Source: the human T2T-CHM13v2.0 reference genome, Homo sapiens. Taken from it: a stretch of DNA of 64,000 nt. The notes beneath the pieces are model-generated. The model ran no database searches. It was given only the letters and a program-made list of their open reading frames with translations, and was not told where the DNA came from. This document shows positions 27,930 through 39,570 of this stretch, piece after piece (within the stretch, counting starts at the first letter, position 1; the number at the start of each line of letters is the position of its first letter). The position numbers and the translations under genes were made by a program. The stretch is from NCBI RefSeq assembly GCF_009914755.1, contig NC_060931.1; one strand, given 5' to 3'.

Positions 27930-29710
27930 ATGGATGAAAGACATGGAAGGAATGTATGGATGGAATGGAGGGATGGAGTGGACACATGGAATGGATGGAT
28001 AGATGGAGTGGATGGATGGAGTGGATGGGTAGAATGGATGGATGGAGTGGATGGATGGAGTGGACGGATGGAGTGGACAGATGGAATGGGTGGATGGAGT
28101 GGATGGATGGAATGGATGGATGGAATGGATGGATGGAATGGATCGATGGAGTGGACGGATGGATGTAATGGATCAATGGAGTGGATGGATGGAGCAGACA
28201 GATGGAGCAGATGGATAGAGTGAACAGATGGAATGGATGGATGGAGTGGACAGATGGAATGGATGGATAGATGGAGTGGACGGATAGAGTGGAGGGATGG
28301 AGTGGACAGATGGATGGAGTGGACGGATGGAGCAGACGGGTGGAGCAGAGGGATGGAGTGGATGGATGAAGTGGACGGATGGAGTGGATGGATGGATGGA
28401 GTGGATGGATGGAGTGGATGGATGGAATGGATAGATGGAGTGCACGGATGGATAGAGTGGATGGATGGAGTGGATGGATGGAGTGGACGGATGAAGTGGA
28501 CGGATGGAATGGACACATGGAGTGGACGGACGGAGTGGACGGATGGAATGGATGGATGGATGGATGGAGTAGATGGAGTGGATGGAGTGGACGGATGGAG
28601 TGGGTGAAGTGGATGGAGGGAATGGACGGATGGATGGATGGATGGAGTGGACGGATGGAATGGACAGATGGAGTTGATGGATGGAATGGATGGATGGATG
28701 GATGGAGTGGAGTGGACAGATGGAATGGATGGATAGAATGGATGGATGGAATGGATGGACGGATGGAGTGGCTGGATGGAATGGATGGATGGAATGGACG
28801 GATGGAGTGGATGGATGGAATGGACGGATGGAATTGGATGGAGTGGATGGATAGAGTGGATGGATAGAGTAGATGGATGGAATGAACGCATGGAATGAAT
28901 GGATGGAATGGACAGATGGATGGAGTGGATGGATGGAATGGACGGATGGGATGGATGGAGTGGATGGATGGATAGATGGAGTGGATGGATGGAATGGACA
29001 GATGGAGTCAATGGATGGGATGGGTGGATGGATGGATGGAGTGGACAGATGGAATGGACGGATGGAATGGATGGATGGAATGGATGGACGGATGGAGTGG
29101 ATGGATGGAATGGATGGATGGAGTGGATGGATGGAACAGATGGATGGAATGGATGGATGGAGTGGACGGATGGAGTGGATGGATGGAGTGGATGGATGGA
29201 GTGGACGCATGGAATGGACGGATGGAATGGACGGATGGAATGGATGGATGGAGTGGAGGGATGGAGTGGATGGAGTGGACGGATGGAGTGGATGGATGGA
29301 ATGGATGGATGGGATGGATGGAGTGGACGTATGGAATGGATGGATGGATGGATGGATAGATGGAGTGGACGGATGGAATGGACAGATGGAGTTGATGGAT
29401 GGATGGATGGATGGAATGGATGGACGGATGGAGTGGATGGATGGAATGGACGGATGGAGTGGATGGATGGAATGGATGGATGGAATGGATGGATGGAATG
29501 GACGGATGGAGTCGATGGATGGAGTGGATGGATGGAATGGACGGATGGAGTGGATGGATGGAGTGGATGGATGGAATGGACGGATGGAGTGGATGGATGG
29601 AGTGGATGGATGGAGTGGACGGATGGATTGGATGGATGGAGTGGATGGATGGAACGGACGGATGGATTGGATGGATGGAATGGACAGATGGAGTGGATGG
29701 ATAGAATGGC
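27930..29710. repeat. ~1.8-kb compound (TGGA/CGGA/TGGAG/TGGAA)n satellite-like tandem array
   Basis: Direct reading; recurrent 13-mer TGGARTGGAYGGA; strong strand asymmetry; explains all long ORFs between 27731 and 29963. Confidence 0.97.
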
Positions 29711-30934
29711 CTCCTCTTTGTCTAAAACCCCCAGTAGCTACGAATTCCCCCAACAACTACTACACACTGCCCTGCACATGATCACGTTCGGTAAGTTGTG
29801 TGAGAGGGCAGGAGGGAGAAAATGGAGCTGCCTGCCTGCCTCACGAGCACCTTTCACCATTTTGATCACATTTCCAGATGCAGCACCACCCTCTGCTCTC
29901 ACTTCTTTCCTCCCAGACCAGGGAAGCATTGGATGGTGGTTCATGAGGTGCTGGAGGAGCTAAAGAAATTGCTGTCATCGTTTTGTCAAATCCAGGGCCT
30001 TTATGTTTTAAAATAGATATACAAAGAGATCACATTTTACCTGGTAAAATCATGACAAACTGAGCGGACAAAAAAAAAAAAAAAACCTATAAACATTTGG
30101 CACAACAGAGCAAAAATCATAATTCCTATAATTATTTTTAAACTGTGAAACTATTGTAGAGCATTGAATAGATGTATATTAAAGCCATGTATGCTTTATT
30201 TGCTTATGACATGAAATTCTGGTTTCTGTGTGTTCCACCTTCCTATTTTATTCTTAGGATAATAGGATATGATGTGATGCTTTACTCATAGTTAGAGGGA
30301 GAATTGACTGTGAATGAGCAGTTCAGAGAGAAAGGATCTTGGGCTTGGCAAGGGCAGGGGCCTCCAGCGTTTTGAGAAAAATGAATTGAGCCTCAGCTTA
30401 TTTTATAAAAATCTTGACCCAGAGCGTGGCCCTTCTGAACTCCCACCATGTTTATGCATGGTAATATATTAAAAATTGGACTTAGCTAGTAGCCAAATAC
30501 AGTGCTGTGTTCTGGATACTAAAACAAACTAATTCTCCCTGCTAAGTAAGAAAAATTTCACACATTATCGTCAGTCAGACATGGAAAGAGGTTCTCCAGG
30601 GGAAGAGAGAGAAGCAACATCATTCATGTGATTTAAAATTACACCAGGCCATCCATTTATCTGCCTCTCAGGCTGTTTGTCCTTTTTTGAACGATGCTTC
30701 AGGGCTCCACGCTGGAAACGGGGAGGGTGGATGTAGAACAGCTTGTCAATGTAATCATTTTACTATAAATCTGCAAAAAAAGAAACAGAGCCTAAACCAA
30801 GTATAAAATAGGATCACAGAACCTCCTATGAGCAACTTTGTAAGATTATCCTTTCTAGTGTGAGTACTACCACAATAAACATGATGACATATCCTTTATC
30901 ACTATGTTGCCCAAAGATTTTTTTTCAGATTTCA

Positions 30935-31368
<434 letters not shown>

Positions 31369-34300
31369 TTAATTGACTGGGAGGACTTTATGGAACATTT
31401 TGGTTCTTTTCCTACTGCTGAAATTTGAATAGAAAGGCATGAGGTAACCTCATGCCGTCACTACGAAAGGCTACCAGAAATGATAGAAAACCTCACACAG
31501 TATCAGCTACATTGGTGGAGTCCACCTGAATCCCAGAAATTCAGTTCAACAATGTCACTGAGTTCACCAGACTACTGGGAAAGGGATTCATGTAGAGACA
31601 GTTGTAAAAATATTGACCCTAACAGAGAAAGATTCACTGCAGTCAGAAGAGATGCCACGAAGTCAGGTCTCAACTCCTGGAGAGGCTCTTTCTGTGCTGT
31701 GCAAAAATGTATGTTTATCCGACTTCCCAGGCCTTGAGGTACAGCAAGGAATGCCAGTGTTGGATGTTCTACAAGTGAGGACACTGGAGCCTCAAGAAAT
31801 AATCTGACTTGCACAACTCCTGTCACTGATTAGTGGCTAAGGACATCCTGATTTCTGCTCCAGAACTTTCCCCATGACATCAGTCTTCCCATCCTTGAAG
31901 AGTTTTCAGTTATTCTTAGCGTGACAAGTGATTGCTAGAGTTTGTGTAATTTTCATCATAATGGGACTAATGACCCACAACAGCAGTTCTAGTGACTTCC
32001 AGAAGATGTTGTACATCCCCATCCTAATGAATGGCAGCAGCATGACTTACGTTCTTTTATCAGAGAGTCTAGTTTGATCTGAGTTGTGTCTGACCTGGAA
32101 TTCAGGCATGTCTGGGGCTAGGAAGGTTTTGGGTTCGAGGAGGCTGTTTTCATGAGGGATCCCAGGGTCTCTTGGGAAGGAATTCACTCAAGGGAGGACA
32201 GAGGCAAGAGAAGCACAGTTCACTCTCGGGGCTGAAGGCAGCATGGGTTTTAGGTGCAGCCTGGTGACAGTCAATCGGGTGGCCTACCATGTAGTGATTA
32301 AGACTTTGGAAAAGCAGGCTATAAGCAAAAATCTAAATTTGCTACACAATAACTTGGCAAGACAATGGAGCAGTGGCTGGCACCATGGACCTTGGTAAGA
32401 AACACTAGAAAAGTTAGGAAAAGGGGTTTTTCCAGGTCAGAGAGAGCCAGTGCATGCTGGTGGACCCACAGTTCTGTAGCTATGAGAAATAGCCCCATCT
32501 GGTTGTGCAGGAACCACAGGCTGCACTAGCTGCTTTAGTTGTGACCGCAGAAAGCACCCTGCCCCAGCATGGAGCACCAGGGCCTGCACACCTTTGCCAG
32601 GCCCCAGAAGCACTGCCACTGCCATGATACCCAAGAAGAGAGAGATTAGCAAGTGCTTTGTACCAGAAGGGAGGGCTGCCCATGCAAAGGCCTGCCTGGG
32701 GGAACTCCAGCAATCACTGGGGGAGACTTTGGGAGAGTGGAGAGAAGGGGCCTCCTGAAAAGACACAGCCAGGGGAAACCTACTTTCATGATATCAAGAC
32801 TCTAATTTTAGAGGGCAGTGTTTGCAGATCCTACCAATGACTCTTTGTCCTTGAGTCTGTGTTTGAGGTGGAACCACTCAAAGTCGGGGAAGATGAGGCA
32901 CCTGGAGCCAGGCGCCTGGTCTTTGTGTCTGCACTTAGCCAAATTCCCTCTCAGCTGTATTGTGTCTGGAGGAAATAGAAGCATGACTAAGCTGATTTGT
33001 ATTCTGCCAACCAAGGGAAAATATAATTAACACGGCAGCAAGACTCAGCAAACCCCATGGGAAAGTCCAAGAAGGAAAGAGCTCCCGTGGCTCAAGATGA
33101 TGTCAGAGGCAAAGAGAGGCCAACCCACTCTAATCCCACAGCAGGTCTCCTCTCTAATACCTCAACTCATAAAGGGAAAAGACAATGAAATCCAGGCCTG
33201 CCATGCCTTTGAAAAGAACACACAGCCTCTAGGAGTGATTGCAGGGATTGAGCAGACTGTGATGGGGGTTTTCTCATGATGGGAGTCTCCTGCTGTTGCT
33301 GAGTGCTGCCAATCACTGCCCACACCTCCAGCAGGGAGGTGACTTCCTCAGGCTCTGCTACTCCACGTCAACTGATTAACGCAGCTGTGATAGCACACCT
33401 AGCAGAGACAAGAGACTCCCAGACACTAGGCAGGAGTGAGACCAACTGCTGTATCAGATATACACCTAGCTTATAATTATGTGTCAAGAGAAGGAAGATT
33501 AGGCAGACATCAGTAACCGCAAGAACTGAAATGTGATGGCTGGTATCCATCTTCAGCCTGCTCCCCAGCTAATCATCCCCTGAAAGAAATGCGGGAGAAA
33601 GCTGCCTCCTAATACATTTCATTGGCCCTTCATCTCCGTCTGCTGACTCACATTTGAATTTAGAGACAATTTGCTAAACTTTCTAGATTTTTATTTACTT
33701 AACATTGCCTTAGCCTTTTTGATATATTCAACTATAGTATTCTCCAGGTTTAAATATTGTACGTTTTTTTTTCACAACTTTAACAAATTAGTGCTCAGTT
33801 CTCCTGGCTTGAAATTCCCATATCTTTCATGAAGCTGCTGAAACTAAAAGGCTTAGGAGGAAGGTCACCCACCTCCCTCATTCTCCTTCCCTTCTTGCCC
33901 AGAGGAATTTATGTCTGTCTTCCTGCCCCAGTATCTACATATCCAGCCATGACTACATTGTTTGGTTTCAGTAACTGCCTCTCATTACAGAACTAGATTC
34001 ATTTATTCATTCATTCTACAAAAACTTGAAGAACATTTATACTGGATTTGAATCCAGTGTCAGAATTGTCTTTGATTGGTTCTATCTTATTTCATAGATT
34101 TGGGGTTTGAATTTAATAGCTAAGCATATAAATATAATTTTATGCAAGATAGCACCTTAATTCTAGTCCGTATTTAATACAAATAGTGATATAATGAAAT
34201 GATATAGTTTTATCTAGTTTCATCTAGAGAAATACGGAAGGAAAAATACAAATAGTTAAAAAAAGGAGGAAGGCTGAAAATATATAGCGGTTGATATGCT

Positions 34301-34829
34301 TCTCAGAGTCATCTTTTACTAATCAGTAGCAGTGGTGATGGTCTTTTAAAAAAAAAAAAGTTTCGGTTGCTTTTAAAAAGAGATTTCCAGTGGGAAGCCT
34401 GTGAGTACTGACTGGCTCCTGTCTAACCTACACTTCCTATTTGGTTGATGAAAAAGAAAAAGAAAAAAAAAAAAGCCAAAACTAAAAGGTACATTCCAGA
34501 ACAAGTAGTCATTTTAACAACTGGCGGAGCCAAGAAAATGCGATCTAGTTTCCCTCTGTCCCCCAGTCTAGAGCCATTATTAAATAATTTAATGCCATAG
34601 AACTTATATCAAAAATAGACACATTCCTTAGGAAACATTTGAAACTTACTGGTTTTGACCTTAAAATGTAATCATTCATGAAGAGATCAATCTTTCATAT
34701 GTTTTCAAATATGAAACACTCAAGTCCATTGTCAGAATCCCAATAGTGTGGAAAGAAACCTACCAGGGCAGGCTTATCTCTGCTCATTCTTTGCTAAAAT
34801 ATCCATTGCATTTGCTAACTGTGAAACGA

Positions 34830-35030
34830 TGGGTAGGTTACTTCACTTCTCTGAGCATTGAAGATGCCCTCTCTACAAAGGATAACAGTCTCTCTCCCAG
34901 GGGTAGCTGTAATTGTGAAATTAGGCAACATATAGGAAGGTGCCTAATGGAGTGGCAATCATTCATTCATTCCCGAAATATTTATCGATTGGCCACAATG
35001 CCCAGGCACAGAGCAAGGTGCTAGTGATAT
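34830..35030. mobile_element. MIR fragment followed by an antisense L2 tail
   Basis: GGGTAGGTTACTTCACTTCTCTGAGC (MIR); TCATTCATTCATTC...AAATATTTATCGA...GCCCAGGCAC (L2). Confidence 0.6.
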
Positions 35031-35814
35031 CAACACGGGGGACACTTCACATTTCCCCTCATTCCTCCCTAACGGTGCAGCAGACACCCCACTAAAGCTG
35101 AGGAGGCCCCTGCTGCTCCCCCTCCCTCTCTGCTCCCTGAGTCTGTGAGAGGCATCGCTCCAGCCTCCCAAGAAAGCCCTCCCCCTGCACATCCAAGCAG
35201 CTCCCTCTTATCCTGATGCCCTGACCCGCCTGCCCACAAGGAGCCTCCTCCCTGAGCCGGGAGGACTTTCCTTCTCTCCTATGACAAGCCCTGGCCCTAG
35301 GCAGCTGAAAACAATCACCCAGGAAGCTCCTTCACCGTCAGATTCCCTGACAGCCCTGGATCTAGCGAGAATCAGGTGATTACGATGTGAAACGAGGTTT
35401 GGGAACCACTGCTTTCAGTCACATTCTTTTTGTTTGATCTTCTCAGAATCAGCAGGCATTTCCCTCTGCTACTTTGTCCAAGATCCAACCCTTCTCATCT
35501 GTGTCTTGCCAGTCTCTCCACTTTAGAGCTTTGTTACCAGCTACTTCTAACCTCTTGCACAGAAATCTCTACTCACCACTGTGGAGAGTGAAAAAGGAAT
35601 GGGTTTTTATGTATTTCTAGCCAGCTCTTGGCCCTGCACCATGCAGATTATATGCTGTACATTGGACTTTCGGGACACTTCTCTGTTAAATTCTAAGCCT
35701 TATGTCTGTGGTGTCTCCACAGTGAGTAAGCTCTTAATCACATTCCCTATTGTACCTTCTTAGATGAAAGAGCAATGGGTCACAGGGACTTTTAAAATGT
35801 CCTTAAACTTGATT

Positions 35815-36100
35815 AGTTTAATCTTTATTATGGCTACAGAATGTTTCTTAAATTTACATACAATAAAATCCACTATTTTATATTAAGTAGAGTTATGAGT
35901 TTTGACAAACAAATATATTCAGGTAGCCACCACCGTAATCAACACACAAAGCAATCCATTACCCCCAGATTTCCCTTACATCCTTTGTTGTCCCCCTCAT
36001 CCTGTACTTCCAGCCCCTGAGAGCCACTTATCTGATTTCTGTCCCGACAGTTTGCCTTTTCCACAATGTCATGTTATATAAATGGAGACATACAATATGC
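35815..36100 (-). mobile_element. Old L1M 3'UTR fragment
   Basis: AATTTACATACAATAAAAT, TGAGTTTTGACAAA, CCACTTATCTGATTTCTGTC, ATATAAATGGAGACATACAATATG. Confidence 0.7.
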
Positions 36101-37304
36101 TGATGTGAGCATTTAGAAAGATCATGTATTTAAACAATTATTAGAGTAAGGGCTGGCTATGGTGACTTAATTTTTTGGTTTCTGACACCTATAATCTGAT
36201 TTGAAGTGTGTCATTCTGTGCATCATGATCCTTTTTGCAGAACCTGTGTCTATTAGAAAATCCAGATGAAGCAGGCTCTTCCTGTTGTCCTTCATTTGGA
36301 AAAGACAGAAGAACAGAGCGCTTTATGAAAGTCAAGTTACAGCTTCCTAATTTTCTCTCCCATGGACAAACTCTTCCCTCCCCCCACCCCGACCTAGCCT
36401 CTTACCCACTATCCTTTGCAAATTCCTATCTCTTATATTGCCCAGTAATTGGGGCGTGGGGGGGTGAGGGGGGGGTGAGTTACTGCTGATGAACCAGGAG
36501 GCAGAGCAAGGTTTATTTTGCTAAAGGCTTCAGCTGCTACTGCCTGGACCTCAATAAGCATTTTCTGCTCTTTCCTATCACTACTGTCTTCCCTTTCTTT
36601 GAGAAGCAACATAAAGATAAAAAGAAAAATACTTGATTTTGTAGCATGCCAGAATATTAAGATGCTCCTGAAAAGTGTGGGATTTAAGGCTTCTCAAAAA
36701 AGAGCAGAGGAGGGAGTGAGAGAAGAAGACGGAGAAGGAGGAGAAGGGGAAGAGAAAGGGGAGGTGGAAGAAGAAAAAACCACCATCAGAAACTGAGTAT
36801 TACACAGGACGTAACCTGTGCTCTGAGAGTGAAGGAGGCCACACAGCAGTAGAACCCCGACAGGAAAATCAGAAAACATTATATTTTTTCCCAGATCCCA
36901 GAGTATCAGATGTTCCATTCAGAAATAATCCCTATTGACCCAGTCTCTGTGTCTCTCTCTCTGCCTATAGCATCAAGCACAGTAACCCTTTCCATGCTAA
37001 TCCCGTTATTAATGCCATCCACAACAAGCGTAGTGTAAGTAAGACACGAAGTGTAAAAAAACTTTCTTCCCCGCAGTCCGGGCTCTCAGAGCCCTCCTTG
37101 TAGGTCCACAGTATCAGAGGTGCTTAACGCAGATACACCAGGAGGCTCAAAGCCCAAACATCGAAAAAAAAAAAAAAGACCCACTCTTGTGTTGTGTGTA
37201 TTGCCCACGGGTGGGAGGATGCAAGTACAATTACGTTTTTTAAAACTCCAGTCCAGATATTGGCTTTTCCTTGGATACTTTTGTGTGGCTCTCCCAGTAC
37301 AGTC

Positions 37305-37705
37305 AGATCCGCCGCCGCAGCCTAGCGCTCCACTCCGGGTTTTGCGTCCTCCCCTCACCTGCCTTTCAGTGGTGCGGGGTTTGATCCCGAGAGCGGTGGA
37401 CTCAAAGCTGCCCGCCGGGACTCGGGCTGCCGGCCGACAAAGGACGGTCCTCGGGGGTTCTGAAGTCTGACCCGGCCAGTGGGAAAGCCACCTGCATCAC
37501 AAAGCGAGGGGCACACCTGAACCGGGGCTGGCGGGAAGAGGCAAGTATTGCGCGCGGGCTGGCTCCCACATGGAGCTGCCTCCCGGTGCAAGTGTTGCAA
37601 GGGTGCGCTGCTCCAGCCCGGGGAGCGCGGGAGGCGGCGGAGAGAGCGTCCGGGTGATGAGCGGGGCACTGTAACTGGATTTTAACACCTCTGCAAGCAG
37701 CGCTT
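37305..37705. promoter_or_regulatory. CpG island / gene promoter
   Basis: Only non-repeat GC- and CpG-rich tract in the window (GCGCGCGGG, GGCGGCGG, CCGCCGCCG). Confidence 0.85.
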
Positions 37706-37820
37706 TTGGTCAAAAAATTTCCGATTCTTGATCTTCTCTCTGCAAGGTCGGGGGTTCTTTGGGGAGTAAATCACAGCGTTTGGGTTTGCATTCGAAGCAC
37801 TACCAAGTCTACTCCACAGG
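37359..37820 (-). other. Putative non-coding first exon of a minus-strand gene (TSS uncertain, ~37650-37850)
   Basis: Strong donor GGCAG|GTGAGG at the island's lower edge; only short uORF-type ATG frames; gene identity not established. Confidence 0.6.
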
Positions 37821-37876
37821 GTCACTGCACGGGGAGCAAGTAAAGGAAAACGAGGAGAATCTGAGAGTGCTCCTTC

Positions 37877-37881
<5 letters not shown>

Positions 37882-37925
<44 letters not shown>
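37882..37925. repeat. (GT)22 promoter-proximal microsatellite
   Basis: Direct reading, uninterrupted. Confidence 0.97.
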
Positions 37926-37927
<2 letters not shown>

Positions 37928-37952
37928 GCAAAGCTGAGATTTACATGGTGTG

Positions 37953-37973
37953 AACTGTTAAATGTTAACAGTT
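37953..37973. promoter_or_regulatory. HNF1-type palindrome
   Basis: AACTGTTAA-ATG-TTAACAGTT, perfect 9-bp arms; core GTTAAnnnTTAAC has the spacing of HNF1 consensus GTTAATnATTAAC. Confidence 0.5.
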
Positions 37974-38596
37974 AAATCCCACACTTTTCAGGAGCATCTT
38001 AATATTCTGGCATGCTATAAAATTTTTGAGACTTGTTTAAAGAAGGGGACTTCCTTTTTAATTTAGAACAAATTAGTAGTTGTTATAACATTATAGATAC
38101 TAATCAGTAACAATACTAGTAGGTAATGCTTTCTGTAAGTAGACACACCCCAAAAGTATCTGAAAAGTATCACCAAAACGGAGCGTGCTTTCACACTCCT
38201 GCAAAACAAATTAGCCCTTAAACAGAATAATTAACATCTCGAGGGAAGATAAAGCATATAGGTTCCTTGAATCATTACGTTACATTTAAAGTCGGTCCTG
38301 TTCAGTTTGCCTTTGTCCCTAAGGAGTAAAAATAGCATCAAATTGCTTGTTTGGTTTTCCCCTTTTGAAACTCAGCATAGTGTTTGGTTATCCATGAAGG
38401 TGGCTTTAATATTTCACCCTCATATTTGGCAGACAGTTCTGGACTTGCTCCTCTCCCCGTAGGGACTGAGTCCCACTGGCAGTGTGTGGAGAATAGAATT
38501 GATTCTCGCTTTTTCTTTGCATAATACCTAATCATCACCATTAGCACTTCAGACGTTCACAGCTTTCTGAATAGGTGTCATTTCTTCCACATACCC

Positions 38597-38621
38597 TATT
38601 GATTTGCATCATTAACAATTG
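38597..38621. promoter_or_regulatory. Composite ONECUT / octamer / HNF1 / SOX motif cluster
   Basis: TATTGATTT, ATTTGCAT, GTTAATGATGCAA (minus) and AACAAT overlap within 25 bp. Confidence 0.45.
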
Positions 38622-39419
38622 AAAGGAAGCTCTTCTTTTGATTAAGAAGCCAAACAATTAGGAAAGCGTGGATTCTTTCATAGTATTTATTGAGAGGCGT
38701 CTCCACCTGATCTAGGCTGTGTTTAATGGGATGAGAGAGACTAAGAGAGAACAGAAAGTGTAATTACCGCCTCTCCAGGCCCGTCTTTACTTTTTCCAGA
38801 AACAGAGAATTATGAAATTATTTGTAATGTTACAAGGACCCTTGGAGCTCTTCTAGTGCAAGTCAAGTTTATTTCACAAACGGGAGGTCTAGATAGCCTT
38901 TGTTTCTTCTGAACGGGTCTGCAAGGCCAAGATCTGGATTCTGACCCACAGCGACTGCTGATCCAGGAATTCCATGCACATATGCTATGCACTTAGCGCT
39001 GATTGTGAAGAAACACCAAGGTGGCCCGTCAAGACCTGAACTACCACAGGTCTAACTTGGGAAAGCCTCATTCCTCACGTTCTTTCCGCTTCTACTGTAA
39101 TGGTACTGTGCCTCTTGCCAGCCCACACTTATTCATTTGAAATGTGCACTTTGGAAGTTCACTGCATTTAATCAATTCAGAGGATTTCTTTTTTTTTTAA
39201 TTTTTTTTTAATCAGTAGCTGAGCTATACTACCTAGTTCTAATCCGTAATAGTGTGTTAAAAGACTGTTTTCTGTGTAGTTGCTGGCTGTTATTTAAATC
39301 CCAAGGCTGCTGAAAGTTGGTAATAGAACCAATAATAGCAACCATTACTCAAAAGTCTATTGCTTACTATTAACTATAATAATTAACTATTAAGTATTGA
39401 TATTGTCCCCATCAATTTT

Positions 39420-39570
39420 TAGGCGTTACCTAACATTATCCCCATTTTACAGATCAGAAAACGGAGGCTTCAGAAAGGTGAAGTTACTAGCCCAATGTCA
39501 CTCACCTTCTAAGGTGGGGAGCAGAAGCCAGGTTGGTCTGACCCCTAAGCTCATGGTCTTTCTATACTAC
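39420..39570 (-). mobile_element. MIR
   Basis: CCCCATTTTACAGATCAGAAAACGGAGGCTTCAGAAAGGTGAAGTTACTAGCCCAATGTCAC. Confidence 0.85.

Noticed and set aside
27731-29963. Long ORFs of 300-527 aa (HPSI- or MDGW-rich)
   Set aside because: Artefact of a stop-poor TGGA repeat that is open in several frames on both strands.
32060-33560. Possible old ERVL/MaLR-derived tract
   Set aside because: Only a compositional impression; no termini, TSD or protein motif could be fixed.
36401-36545. Possible second minus-strand exon (donor G|GTAAG near 36406)
   Set aside because: The candidate acceptor lacks a polypyrimidine tract; unsupported.
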